A DNA stretch of 64,000 bases, taken from Kiritimatiellia bacterium. Lineage in GTDB: Bacteria; Verrucomicrobiota; Kiritimatiellia; RFP12; UBA3636. Position numbers and translations under genes: made by a program. Below are positions 1 to 8,882 of this stretch, one piece after another. The DNA is taken from positions 43,168 through 107,167 of the forward strand of contig JAFUOX010000098.1 of NCBI GenBank assembly GCA_017481725.1, written 5' to 3'. Under the pieces are notes generated by a model. That model did not search any database, was not told where the DNA came from, and saw nothing but the letters and a program-made list of their open reading frames with translations. The stretch's first letter is position 1; each line of letters starts with the position of its first letter.

Positions 1-1845
1 GAATATCAAAGGCCCTATAGTTGGGATAATGAAAAATGTGAAATCCTTTGGGATGACGTTCTCAATTATCATCATGATCAGAATAAAGGAGATAAATATT
101 TCCTTGGAACTATTGTTACATGTAAAGATGATTCAGTTGAAGGAATTAGCGTCATTGATGGTCAACAGAGAATTACTTCTTTCTTTTTACTTCTAAGAGC
201 TTTTTATAAAAAACTTGAAGACATGCTTGTTCAAACCCCAAATGATAAAGAAGTTGAAGGTTTGATGAAACAAATAGCTCCTTGTATATGGGATGTAAAT
301 CCGATGTCTCAAGAGGTTTCTGATAAAACAAAAATTCATATTCAATCTTTAGTTGCCTCAGAGAAAGATAATGAATCTTTTCATAAGATAATGATAACAG
401 GTATTGCTGAAGAAAATGATAAGTCATTATATGCAAAAAATTATTCTTTTTTCTTGAATAAATGTGATAGCTATGCAGCAAGTCAACCACTGGATTGGAA
501 ACAGCTTTGTCTCTGCATCATGAATGAGTGTATTGTTCTACCAATTGAATGTACTGATTTAGACTCTGCTCTTATAATTTTTTCAACATTAAATGATAGA
601 GGAATGCCTCTTTCAGATTCAGATATTTTCAAAGCAGAAATATACAAAACAAAGAAATCAAAAGAAGAAAAAGACACATTCACTCAAAATTGGAAAGAAC
701 TAGGTGAAACTGCTGAAAACGCAAAAATGTCGATAGATGATATTTTTAAGCTTTATACTCATGTTTTAAGAGCAAAAGGAAACTGCTCAGATAGTGAAAT
801 TGGTCTTAGGAAATTTTATTCAGAAAATCAACGTAGTCGGCTTCATGAAAGTAATCTTACTGAGACTTTGCTTGAAGTAGCACATTTCTGGGAAAAACTA
901 ATTAGTTATAATGATGAAATATGTACTGAAAAAACAAAGAAATATATTCATTGTTTAAAAGCATATCCAAATGAATATTGGAAGTATCCAATAACAGTTC
1001 TTTTTGACTATTGTAAAAGGAATAAAAAAGAAATTAAGAATCTATTACCAGAGTATTTAGCAAAACTTATTTCGTATTTGTTTGTTAGATTTATTGAAAA
1101 ACCAAGTGTCAATACAATTAAAAATCCTGTGTATTTATTCTGCATAGATACATATAAAAACGGGTGTCTTGATACAGATGATTTTGTCATTGTTGATGAT
1201 TTTAAGACAAAATTGATTCTTACTGCAGGAAGTTCAAAAATCCAAAAAGCAATGTTGTTGTTAAACTCTTATTTATTTGATAATTCAACACCTCTTTTAC
1301 AAGAAATCATGGAAGTAGAGCATATTTTCCCACAAAAATGGGATGCTACCTATTTTACATGGACTGATGAAGACGCAAAAAAATATATTGATAAAATTGG
1401 TAATAAAATTCCATTTGAAAAGAAACTTAACATAAAAGCAAGTAACGGTTTTTTTAGCAAAAAGAAAGAAGAATATGCAAAGTCTCAAAATAAAGAAGTC
1501 TTAGAACTTACTAAAAATCAAGATTGGACAAAAGAGAATATTGATACTCGTGCTGACGAAATGGCTGATAGACTCGAAGAGTTTTTTGAAGAAAATTTAA
1601 AATCTTCTGTTATTACAAAAAAATTGATTTGCTATACAGGCGGAACAAAAATCGTAACGATTAATTATGTAACATCAAAAACTTATAAAAAATATGTAGT
1701 AATTCAGAATGATAATGGAAAAATAGAACAAAATGAATTTGATGTTTTTGAAAATGCTGTAATTTCAATTGATAAAGGTTTGTTTTTATATGGCCAAGAA
1801 ATTTTTGTAGATGAAGAATGCAAAGACTTTAAGAATTGTTTGTAA
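1..1845 (+). CDS. DUF262/DUF1524 (GmrSD-like type IV restriction-type) protein, 5' end outside window
   Basis: Frame +1 is open from base 1, so the M at 223 in the ORF track is internal. The N-terminal part has the DUF262 hallmark ...ISVIDGQQRITSFFLL.... The C-terminal part has a DUF1524/His-Me-finger-like ...EVEHIFPQKW...GNKIPFEKKLNIKASN. Confidence 0.8.
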   Translation, partial: EYQRPYSWDNEKCEILWDDVLNYHHDQNKGDKYFLGTIVTCKDDSVEGISVIDGQQRITSFFLLLRAFYKKLEDMLVQTPNDKEVEGLMKQIAPCIWDVNPMSQEVSDKTKIHIQSLVASEKDNESFHKIMITGIAEENDKSLYAKNYSFFLNKCDSYAASQPLDWKQLCLCIMNECIVLPIECTDLDSALIIFSTLNDRGMPLSDSDIFKAEIYKTKKSKEEKDTFTQNWKELGETAENAKMSIDDIFKLYTHVLRAKGNCSDSEIGLRKFYSENQRSRLHESNLTETLLEVAHFWEKLISYNDEICTEKTKKYIHCLKAYPNEYWKYPITVLFDYCKRNKKEIKNLLPEYLAKLISYLFVRFIEKPSVNTIKNPVYLFCIDTYKNGCLDTDDFVIVDDFKTKLILTAGSSKIQKAMLLLNSYLFDNSTPLLQEIMEVEHIFPQKWDATYFTWTDEDAKKYIDKIGNKIPFEKKLNIKASNGFFSKKKEEYAKSQNKEVLELTKNQDWTKENIDTRADEMADRLEEFFEENLKSSVITKKLICYTGGTKIVTINYVTSKTYKKYVVIQNDNGKIEQNEFDVFENAVISIDKGLFLYGQEIFVDEECKDFKNCL

Positions 1846-1882
1846 AATTATTGCCCAATTATCTAATCTAAGGTGATTTTTT

Positions 1883-3283
1883 ATGAAAATAGAATGTGAT
1901 GAAAAACAGAATATAGAGTTTAAGGAAAGCTGGCGTGATGAATACCTTAAGTGGATTTGTGGATTTGCAAATGCACAGGGAGGTACTCTGTATATTGGGG
2001 TGAATGACAATGCAGAAGTTGTGGGTATTGAGAACGCAAAAAAGATGCTGGAAGATATTCCAAATAAAGTACGTGACGTCTTGGGTATTATAGTTGATGT
2101 GAATCTTATTCAGGACAATGGTAAAAATTTTCTTCAGATACAAGTTGAGCCTTACAAAAATCCTGTTAGTTACAAAGGTGAATTTCATTATAGAAGTGGC
2201 AGCACCAAGCAAGAACTAAAAGGGAATGCACTTACCAATTTTTTACTAAAAAAAATGGGACTCACTTGGGATGCCATTAGTGAACCTCGTGCAAAAACTA
2301 CAGACCTTGATCATGAAGCCTTTGAATTATTCCGTAAAAAGGCGCGGAAAGCCAAACGCCTAGATGAAGATGACATTAATTTAAGCGACTCAGAACTTCT
2401 TGAAAAACTTCGACTTATAGAAAACGGAGAATTAAAGCGTGGAGCGATTCTTTTGTTTCATAAAGACCCTGAGCGTTATATAACTGGAGCTTATACTAAA
2501 ATTGGATATTTCAATGATGATTCGGATATTTTGTTTCAAGACGAAGTTCATGGAAATCTCTTTGAACAGATTGACAAACTTATGGAACTGATTTTTTTCA
2601 AATATATGAAAGCATTTATTCGCTACGAAGGAATTCAACGCATTGAAGAATACTGCGTTCCAAAAGCGGCTATGCGAGAAGCTCTATTGAATGCAATAAT
2701 ACACAAAAATTATGGTGGCTGTGTTCCGATTCAGATTCGCATTTACAAAGATAAAGTTGTTATCTGGAATGATGCGGTACTTCCAGATGGTTGGACTGTG
2801 GAAAAATTCCTTCAAAACCATAGAAGCCGTCCTTATAATCCAGACATTGCGAATGCTTTTTTTAGGGCAGGAGAGATTGAAAGCTGGGGACGGGGTATTG
2901 AAAAAATATGCAAGGCATTGAGTCAGCAAAATTTAAATCCACCTGAATATACACAATTGGGAGAAGCTGTTTGTACTACATTCCATTTTGTTGAACCAAC
3001 TACAAGTGAATCGGATATTCCTGCCGGAAGTGTGGAACAGAGAGTGAATTCACCAAAAACTGCTCAAGAAATTATAAAACTGCCCAATAACTGCCCAATA
3101 ACTGCCCAAAAAACTATGCTGGCAATTATAGAAAATCCAAGGGCTACAATAGCAGAATTGAGTAAAAGTACAAATCAGTCTGAAAGGACAATAAAGACCC
3201 ATCAAAAGTTGTTGCAAGAGAATAATCTTATTCGACGAACAGGAAGCAAAAAATCAGGGGCATGGGAGATTTTAGTAAAATGA
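1883..3283 (+). CDS. AlbA_2 (Schlafen-like) + HATPase_c_4 + C-terminal winged-HTH protein (often annotated RecG-like ATP-binding regulator)
   Basis: The N-terminus IEFKESWRDEYLKWICGFANAQGGTLYIGVND is typical of AlbA_2. The centre REALLNAIIHKNY...RPYNPDIANAFFRAGEIESWGRGIEKI is typical of HATPase_c_4. The C-terminus MLAIIENPRATIAELSKSTNQSERTIKTH is HTH-like. An RBS-like AAGGTG lies upstream. Confidence 0.75.
   Translation: MKIECDEKQNIEFKESWRDEYLKWICGFANAQGGTLYIGVNDNAEVVGIENAKKMLEDIPNKVRDVLGIIVDVNLIQDNGKNFLQIQVEPYKNPVSYKGEFHYRSGSTKQELKGNALTNFLLKKMGLTWDAISEPRAKTTDLDHEAFELFRKKARKAKRLDEDDINLSDSELLEKLRLIENGELKRGAILLFHKDPERYITGAYTKIGYFNDDSDILFQDEVHGNLFEQIDKLMELIFFKYMKAFIRYEGIQRIEEYCVPKAAMREALLNAIIHKNYGGCVPIQIRIYKDKVVIWNDAVLPDGWTVEKFLQNHRSRPYNPDIANAFFRAGEIESWGRGIEKICKALSQQNLNPPEYTQLGEAVCTTFHFVEPTTSESDIPAGSVEQRVNSPKTAQEIIKLPNNCPITAQKTMLAIIENPRATIAELSKSTNQSERTIKTHQKLLQENNLIRRTGSKKSGAWEILVK
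3078..3110 (+). repeat. 11-bp tandem repeat (aactgcccaat) x3 inside the AlbA_2 gene
   Basis: Read directly: aactgcccaat / aactgcccaat / aactgcccaaa. The unit length is not a multiple of 3. Confidence 0.9.
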
Positions 3284-6200
3284 AACTACGATTCAAGCAT
3301 CAAAAATTCCAAGCAGATGCTGCGAAGGCAGTGGTGGATGTTTTTGCAGGTCAACCTTATTTAACTCCTTCTTATATGATGGATAGAGGAACAGGTATAT
3401 ATCAGCAGACTATTACGGAAGAAGATGACTTTACCGGTTGGTCTAATGCGAAACTTGTTCCGGAGCTGAATGACCGTCTGATTTTAGAACATATCCAGAA
3501 AGTGCAAAGAGCAAACTTGATTGCGCCGTCACCGAAATTGGAAGGTCGTTTTAACCTTACCATTGAAATGGAAACTGGTGTCGGTAAAACATATACATAT
3601 ATCAAAACAATGTATGAGCTGAATAAGCACTATGGTTGGAGCAAATTCATTGTTGTGGTTCCTTCTGTTGCTATCCGTGAAGGCGTTTACAAATCCTTTC
3701 AAATGACGCAGGAACACTTTGCAGAGGAGTACGGTAAAAAGGTTCGCTTCTTTATTTACAACTCTGCTCAACTCACTGAAATTGACCGTTTTGCATCGGA
3801 TAGTTCAATCAATGTAATGATAATCAATTCTCAGGCATTTAATGCCAAAGGCAAGGATGCACGTAGAATAAATATGAAATTGGATGAGTTCCGTTCTCGC
3901 AAACCGATTGATATTATCGCTAAAACAAATCCGATTTTAATTATTGACGAGCCACAGTCTGTTGAAGGAGCTCAGACAAAGGAGCAACTTAAAAAGTTTA
4001 ACCCTTTGATGACTCTCCGTTATTCTGCTACCCATAAGTCTGATAGCATCTATAACATGATTTATCGACTGGACGCTATGGAAGCATACAACAAGCGTTT
4101 AGTGAAGAAGATTGCAGTTAAAGGTATTTCTCAAACAGGTAGTACAGCGACAGAAAGTTATGTGTATTTAGAAAGTATAAATCTTTCTGCAGCAGACCCA
4201 ACTGCTACATTGCAGTTTGATTTTAGAGGGGCTACTGGAATTCGAAAGAAATCTATGAAAGTAGGAATTGGATTCAATCTTTATGATAATTCTGGACAAC
4301 TGGATGAGTATAAGAATGGCTTTGTTGTTAAAAATATTGATGGTAGAGATGATTCTGTTGAGTTTCTAAATGGTATAAAAATTTATGTTGGTGATGTAAT
4401 AGGAGAAGTTAATGAAGAACAATTACGCCGTATTCAAATAAGAGAAACAATTCTGTCTCATATTCAGCGCGAGCGCGAATTGTTTTATAAAGGAATTAAA
4501 GTTTTATCTCTTTTCTTCATTGATGAGGTTGTGAAGTACAAGCAGTACGATAAAGCAGGACAACCTTTTAACGGGGTCTATGCCGATATGTTTGAAGAAG
4601 AGTATGCTGATATTCTTTCTTCAATGCAGTTAGAATTTGGTGATGAAGAATATATAAAGTACCTCGATGTTATTTCTCCATCGTCAACACATGCTGGTTA
4701 TTTTTCCATAGATAAAAAAGGAAAAATGATTGATTCTAATTTAGGTAAAAAAGAAAACTCTTCTGATGATATAGATGCTTATGACTTGATTATGAAAAAC
4801 AAGGAGCTTTTGCTTGAGAGAAATCCAAAGAAATCTCCAGTCCGTTTTATCTTCTCTCATTCGGCTCTCCGTGAAGGTTGGGATAACCCTAATGTTTTTC
4901 AAATTTGTACATTGAAGCATAGTACAGCAGAGGTTCGAAAACGTCAAGAAGTTGGTCGTGGTCTGCGTCTTTGCGTTAATCAAGATGGAGAGCGAATGGA
5001 TGCCAATGTGCTTGGTGCAGAGGTACACAATGTTAATGTTTTAACAGTTATCGCTAGTGAAAGTTATGAAAGCTTTGCAAGAGGATTGCAGACCGAATTG
5101 GCAGATGCTGTTGCAAACCGTCCGAAAACAGTTACACCGGAACTGTTTATGGGCAAGACCATCACAGATGCACAGGGCAACACCGATGTTATCACGGATG
5201 ATGTTGCACGAGAAATATGGTTCGGTATGCGTAATGAGGGCTATATCGATAAGCAAGGGACACTTACCGATAAATACTATGAAGACAAGGCTAACGGTGA
5301 AATCAAACTCACAGATGATGTGGCAGGTTCTACAGAATCCATCCTTAGCATCATTGATACCATCTATGACGGTAAGGCAATGCAGCCTGAAAATGCTCGT
5401 AGCAATAACATTGAACTCAAAGTTGATGATAAGAAATTGGCGATGCCGGAGTTTAAGGCACTTTGGAACCGTATCAATTCTAAGTCTGTCTATGTAGTAG
5501 ATTTTGATACTAATGAACTTGTCAGAAAGTCCATTGCATCATTGAATGCAAAACTCCGTGTTTCCAAAATTTATTTTAAGGTTGATACTGGAACAATAAA
5601 AATTATCGAATCTAAGGAAGAACTTGTTTCTGGTGCATCTTTTGTTAAGGAAGAATCTAACTCTTACGATGTTGGAAATAAAATTGCTGTAAATACAAGT
5701 GTTAAATACGATTTGGTAGGTAAACTTGTAGATGCTACTGGTCTCACAAGAAAGGCAATAATTCAAATTCTAAAGGGTGTTGAGGAATTTGTTTTTGACC
5801 AATTTAAAGATAACCCAGAAGAATTTATCATCAAGGCTGCTTCGCTAATAAATGATGAAAAAGCTACTGCAATCATTGAGCATATTACTTATAATGTGCT
5901 TGATGAAAAATATGATACCGATGTGTTTACAGATCCTACAATTAAAGGTAAATTGGGGGTAAATGCTATTAAGACCAATAAGCATTTGTATGATCATATG
6001 GTGTTTGACTCAACAATCGAGAAAAATTTTGCAGAAGGATTAGATGTTAATAGTGATGTTGCTGTTTATGTAAAATTACCAAAAGGGTTTTATATTTCAA
6101 CTCCATTAGGTAATTATAATCCAGACTGGGCTATTTCTTTTTACGATGGGAAAATTAAACACATTTTCTTTGTTGCAGAAACAAAAGGTTCTATGAATTC

Positions 6201-6333
6201 ATTAGATTTACGTCTAATAGAAAATTCAAAAATTCATTGTGCAAGAGAGCATTTTAGAGCGATAAGTAACGGAAATGTTGTTTATGATGTTGTTGATAGT
6301 TATCAAGCATTGTTAGATAAGGTTATGCGGTAA
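3280..6333 (+). CDS. res: Type III restriction enzyme Res-like subunit (SF2 helicase + C-terminal PD-(D/E)xK nuclease)
   Basis: Motif I is METGVGKTYTYI and motif II is LIIDEPQS. The C-terminal nuclease motif is YNPDWAI...FFVAETKGS. The size of about 1017 aa and the N-terminus MKLRFKHQKFQ fit Res. I prefer the ATG at 3280 over the track start at 3262 because it forms an ATGA overlap with the upstream stop (3281-3283). Confidence 0.8.
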   Translation: MKLRFKHQKFQADAAKAVVDVFAGQPYLTPSYMMDRGTGIYQQTITEEDDFTGWSNAKLVPELNDRLILEHIQKVQRANLIAPSPKLEGRFNLTIEMETGVGKTYTYIKTMYELNKHYGWSKFIVVVPSVAIREGVYKSFQMTQEHFAEEYGKKVRFFIYNSAQLTEIDRFASDSSINVMIINSQAFNAKGKDARRINMKLDEFRSRKPIDIIAKTNPILIIDEPQSVEGAQTKEQLKKFNPLMTLRYSATHKSDSIYNMIYRLDAMEAYNKRLVKKIAVKGISQTGSTATESYVYLESINLSAADPTATLQFDFRGATGIRKKSMKVGIGFNLYDNSGQLDEYKNGFVVKNIDGRDDSVEFLNGIKIYVGDVIGEVNEEQLRRIQIRETILSHIQRERELFYKGIKVLSLFFIDEVVKYKQYDKAGQPFNGVYADMFEEEYADILSSMQLEFGDEEYIKYLDVISPSSTHAGYFSIDKKGKMIDSNLGKKENSSDDIDAYDLIMKNKELLLERNPKKSPVRFIFSHSALREGWDNPNVFQICTLKHSTAEVRKRQEVGRGLRLCVNQDGERMDANVLGAEVHNVNVLTVIASESYESFARGLQTELADAVANRPKTVTPELFMGKTITDAQGNTDVITDDVAREIWFGMRNEGYIDKQGTLTDKYYEDKANGEIKLTDDVAGSTESILSIIDTIYDGKAMQPENARSNNIELKVDDKKLAMPEFKALWNRINSKSVYVVDFDTNELVRKSIASLNAKLRVSKIYFKVDTGTIKIIESKEELVSGASFVKEESNSYDVGNKIAVNTSVKYDLVGKLVDATGLTRKAIIQILKGVEEFVFDQFKDNPEEFIIKAASLINDEKATAIIEHITYNVLDEKYDTDVFTDPTIKGKLGVNAIKTNKHLYDHMVFDSTIEKNFAEGLDVNSDVAVYVKLPKGFYISTPLGNYNPDWAISFYDGKIKHIFFVAETKGSMNSLDLRLIENSKIHCAREHFRAISNGNVVYDVVDSYQALLDKVMR

Positions 6334-6358
6334 AATCAAAGATATATTGAGGTCTAGT

Positions 6359-7504
6359 GTGAGTTTATCAGAAAATAAAATAATTCAAGATTTGAGTTTG
6401 TCAAAAGAAGAAATAATTCAGGTTGTGAATTTTTTTGATAAAAATATCAATTTGACTGTTCTATTTGTTGAGCTTTTTGAGTTACAAGTATCGCTATGCC
6501 CAGATGAAATTATTTTCGATAATAGAGAAACAATTATAGGGTTTGGGTGTAATAACGAACATTTACGAGTTTATTTTAGAAAAGAAAGAAAATCGTTCTT
6601 TGTAAAATTTAAGGCATTAGATAAAACTCTACCATTTGAAGAAGATAAATCAGACGTCTATAAAGGACTTCTTGAAGAAAATGATGAGGAGTTTGAGGAA
6701 AATATAAATGAATTTTTATTGAAGGGTACATCACGAAAGCCAAAAACTCAAAAAACTAAAAAAGCTAAGCTTAAAACCATCGAAGAGAATGATAAGGTTT
6801 TAAGTAAGTTAAGCAATAGAAGTAATGCTCGTAAATTTACATTGCATGATTTTAATGATATAGCTGATTGGTCGTATTGTCATTCTTTTACGGATAATAA
6901 TAAAATAGTACGATTGCCGAATGGCAATGTAATAGAATGTGATTCAAAAAGTGAGAAAGAGCTTTTAAAATATTTAATTTCAAAAAATCTTACAAAAGGT
7001 ATTGGTGCACAAAATCTTACGATTTTTTATGACACAGCATTTCGGTCTTGTGCTGAATATCATCCTGATCTTGTTATACTCACAAAAGATAATCATATAG
7101 CGATAATAGAAGTTAAATCTGTTAGTTCTATGAGCCACCATATCAATATTGAAAAATATGAAGGGTTAAAAAAATATTGTGAAGCCCATGGATATGAATA
7201 TATGATGGTAGATCCAGATAATAACTATATGACATTTGAAGATATGAAAAGTATGAGCATTCCTAAAGATATTACAAGTCGAGTTATGGAATATCTTGAG
7301 AATTTATTGGAAGAAAAATATTCCAATCCTTGTCTTTTAGAAAAAGATGACATAGATGTTTTATATCCAAAGTTTATACATAAATATAAAAAAGAAGAGT
7401 TTTTATTATATCTAAGGGCGTTAGTAATTCAAAAGGGATGGTATAATAAAAGTAAGCACAATTTTGATGTATATAAAAAACCTAAAAAATCAACTAATAT
7501 CTAG
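6359..7504 (+). CDS. Hypothetical protein with TnsA-N/Vsr-like PD-(D/E)xK nuclease core
   Basis: The core is ...CDSKSEKELLKYL...IFYDTAFRSCAEYHPDLVILTKDNHIAIIEVKSVSS... (S-x-x-E ... PD ... E-V-K pattern). The GTG at 6359 is preceded by GAGG (6349-6352). The track start TTG at 6347 is an alternative. Confidence 0.55.
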   Translation: MSLSENKIIQDLSLSKEEIIQVVNFFDKNINLTVLFVELFELQVSLCPDEIIFDNRETIIGFGCNNEHLRVYFRKERKSFFVKFKALDKTLPFEEDKSDVYKGLLEENDEEFEENINEFLLKGTSRKPKTQKTKKAKLKTIEENDKVLSKLSNRSNARKFTLHDFNDIADWSYCHSFTDNNKIVRLPNGNVIECDSKSEKELLKYLISKNLTKGIGAQNLTIFYDTAFRSCAEYHPDLVILTKDNHIAIIEVKSVSSMSHHINIEKYEGLKKYCEAHGYEYMMVDPDNNYMTFEDMKSMSIPKDITSRVMEYLENLLEEKYSNPCLLEKDDIDVLYPKFIHKYKKEEFLLYLRALVIQKGWYNKSKHNFDVYKKPKKSTNI

Positions 7505-7770
7505 TTGTTTAAAGTTAATTTATCTGTGTGCAGAATGCGAGAGCTTCGCGTAGTTATGTGTGTGTTATTCGTGCTTCGTATATAAGTACATATTTTGCTT
7601 TTAAAGAGGGCAATTCACTTGTTCGTGCTAATGCACGCAAAGCGACAGGATGTCGCTTCTCCATACTTCTAGCATCCCCTCCGTATCTCCGTTCTCTTTT
7701 TCCTCCGTGTTTTGCCGAAGGCAGGAGCGTCAGCGACAAATCACTCATCCGTATTGTTGGATTTTATTTC

Positions 7771-8035
7771 CCGCAGAGACGCAGAGGATTGTGGGCGGCT
7801 AGATGCGAGGTTGGACGTGAGACCCACAGACAATTAGACGCGAGAATGGAGGGAAAACCACTCAACTCTACCTGAATTCTTCATTCATCATTCTTCATTC
7901 TTCATTTATTATAATGCGTTGCCTCCGCGTCTCTGCGTCCCTTTGGCGTCACGTGCATAGCAGTGCACGGATGAGTGGTAGCTACGCAATATGAAGCTAT
8001 GCTTTGCTTCATGCACATAAGAATATCCCGGATAT
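7771..8035. repeat. Mosaic intergenic repeat, copy R1 (partly inverted relative to copy R3)
   Basis: 7831-7945 is the reverse complement of R3 segments 39320-39352 plus 39483-39580, about 90 percent identical by eye. 7966-8030 matches 18667-18730 in direct orientation. It contains tgaagaa-type 7-bp runs and the gacgcagag motif. Confidence 0.8.
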
Positions 8036-8109
8036 TCCACTTAAAAAAGCATATTAACCACAAAATTGTTGATTTATGTGGGCGAAAAATAGTAAAATCA
8101 AAGCCGATT

Positions 8110-8880
8110 ATGAAAGCGATTGTTGTTAATGGTTTAAATAAGAAATTTGGCTCAAAGGAAGCTCTAAAAAATGTGTCCTTTTCTGTAGAGCAGGGGGAGC
8201 GTGTTGCTATTGTCGGACAAAATGGTGCCGGCAAGACAACTCTTTTGCGTATTCTCTCTACATATTTACCTGCAAATTCAGGTACTATTGAGGTGCTCGG
8301 CTTTGATGCTATGAAGGATGCCCTTGAATTGCGAAGCAATATTGGGTATCTGCCTGAAGCGGTTCCTTTATATGAGGAAATGCGTGTGTTTGAATACCTT
8401 AAGTTTAAGTGCAAGCTAAGACACATGCCTACTCAAACACGCAGGCGCAGGCTCCATGACGTAATTTCTTATTGTGATTTGGCTGCTCATTCTAATACAA
8501 CGATAGCATCTCTTTCGCAAGGGGTTAAGCAGCGCGTTGGTATAGCTGATGCGATAGTTCATGAACCACATCTCTTGATGATTGATTCTCTTTTTTCAAA
8601 TTGTGATCCTTATCAGGTAGAATCATTTACAAAACTTTTACTTAAAGACGAAGTGCTTGGTAGTTCTACACTTTTGTTTTCATCTCATAATCGTGAGATT
8701 ATTTCATCTATTGCCACTCGTGTAATATTTCTCAATCATGGAGAGATAGCTGCAGATACAACAGACATGCAGCTATTTAAGCAATATACACTTTCTGAGT
8801 TGTTTACCAACTGGATTAGACAAAAAGAAGCTAAATCAGAGGAAGAACAGCAACAGAATAACGAAAGTTTAGGTAAATAA
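8110..8880 (+). CDS. ABC transporter ATP-binding protein (ABC-2 type) with atypical Walker B region
   Basis: Walker A is GQNGAGKTT, the signature is LSQGVKQRV, and the H-loop is FSSHN. Walker B reads LLMIDSLFSNCD. I prefer the ATG at 8110 (MKAIVVNGLNKKFG). The track start at 7975 runs through the intergenic repeat. Confidence 0.85.
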   Translation: MKAIVVNGLNKKFGSKEALKNVSFSVEQGERVAIVGQNGAGKTTLLRILSTYLPANSGTIEVLGFDAMKDALELRSNIGYLPEAVPLYEEMRVFEYLKFKCKLRHMPTQTRRRRLHDVISYCDLAAHSNTTIASLSQGVKQRVGIADAIVHEPHLLMIDSLFSNCDPYQVESFTKLLLKDEVLGSSTLLFSSHNREIISSIATRVIFLNHGEIAADTTDMQLFKQYTLSELFTNWIRQKEAKSEEEQQQNNESLGK

Positions 8881-8882
8881 TT

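Noticed and set aside
5057-5497. A 146-aa ORF in an alternative frame inside the res gene. Similar internal or antisense ORFs include 2684..2929, 4741..5028, 9908..10303, 14976..15437, 15269..15484, 17469..17678 and 47359..47664.
   Set aside because: All are nested within confidently assigned genes. They lack RBS and motifs and have skewed composition.
7528-8426. ORFs 7528..7875 (+), 7554..7748 (-) and 7902..8426 (-), plus the 45-codon N-terminal extension of the ABC ATPase from 7975.
   Set aside because: They run through the mosaic intergenic repeats, and their translations are repeat-driven (RRDAE..., SLRLCV...). No RBS is present. The ATPase has a good internal start at 8110 (MKAIVVNGL...) that matches family N-termini.
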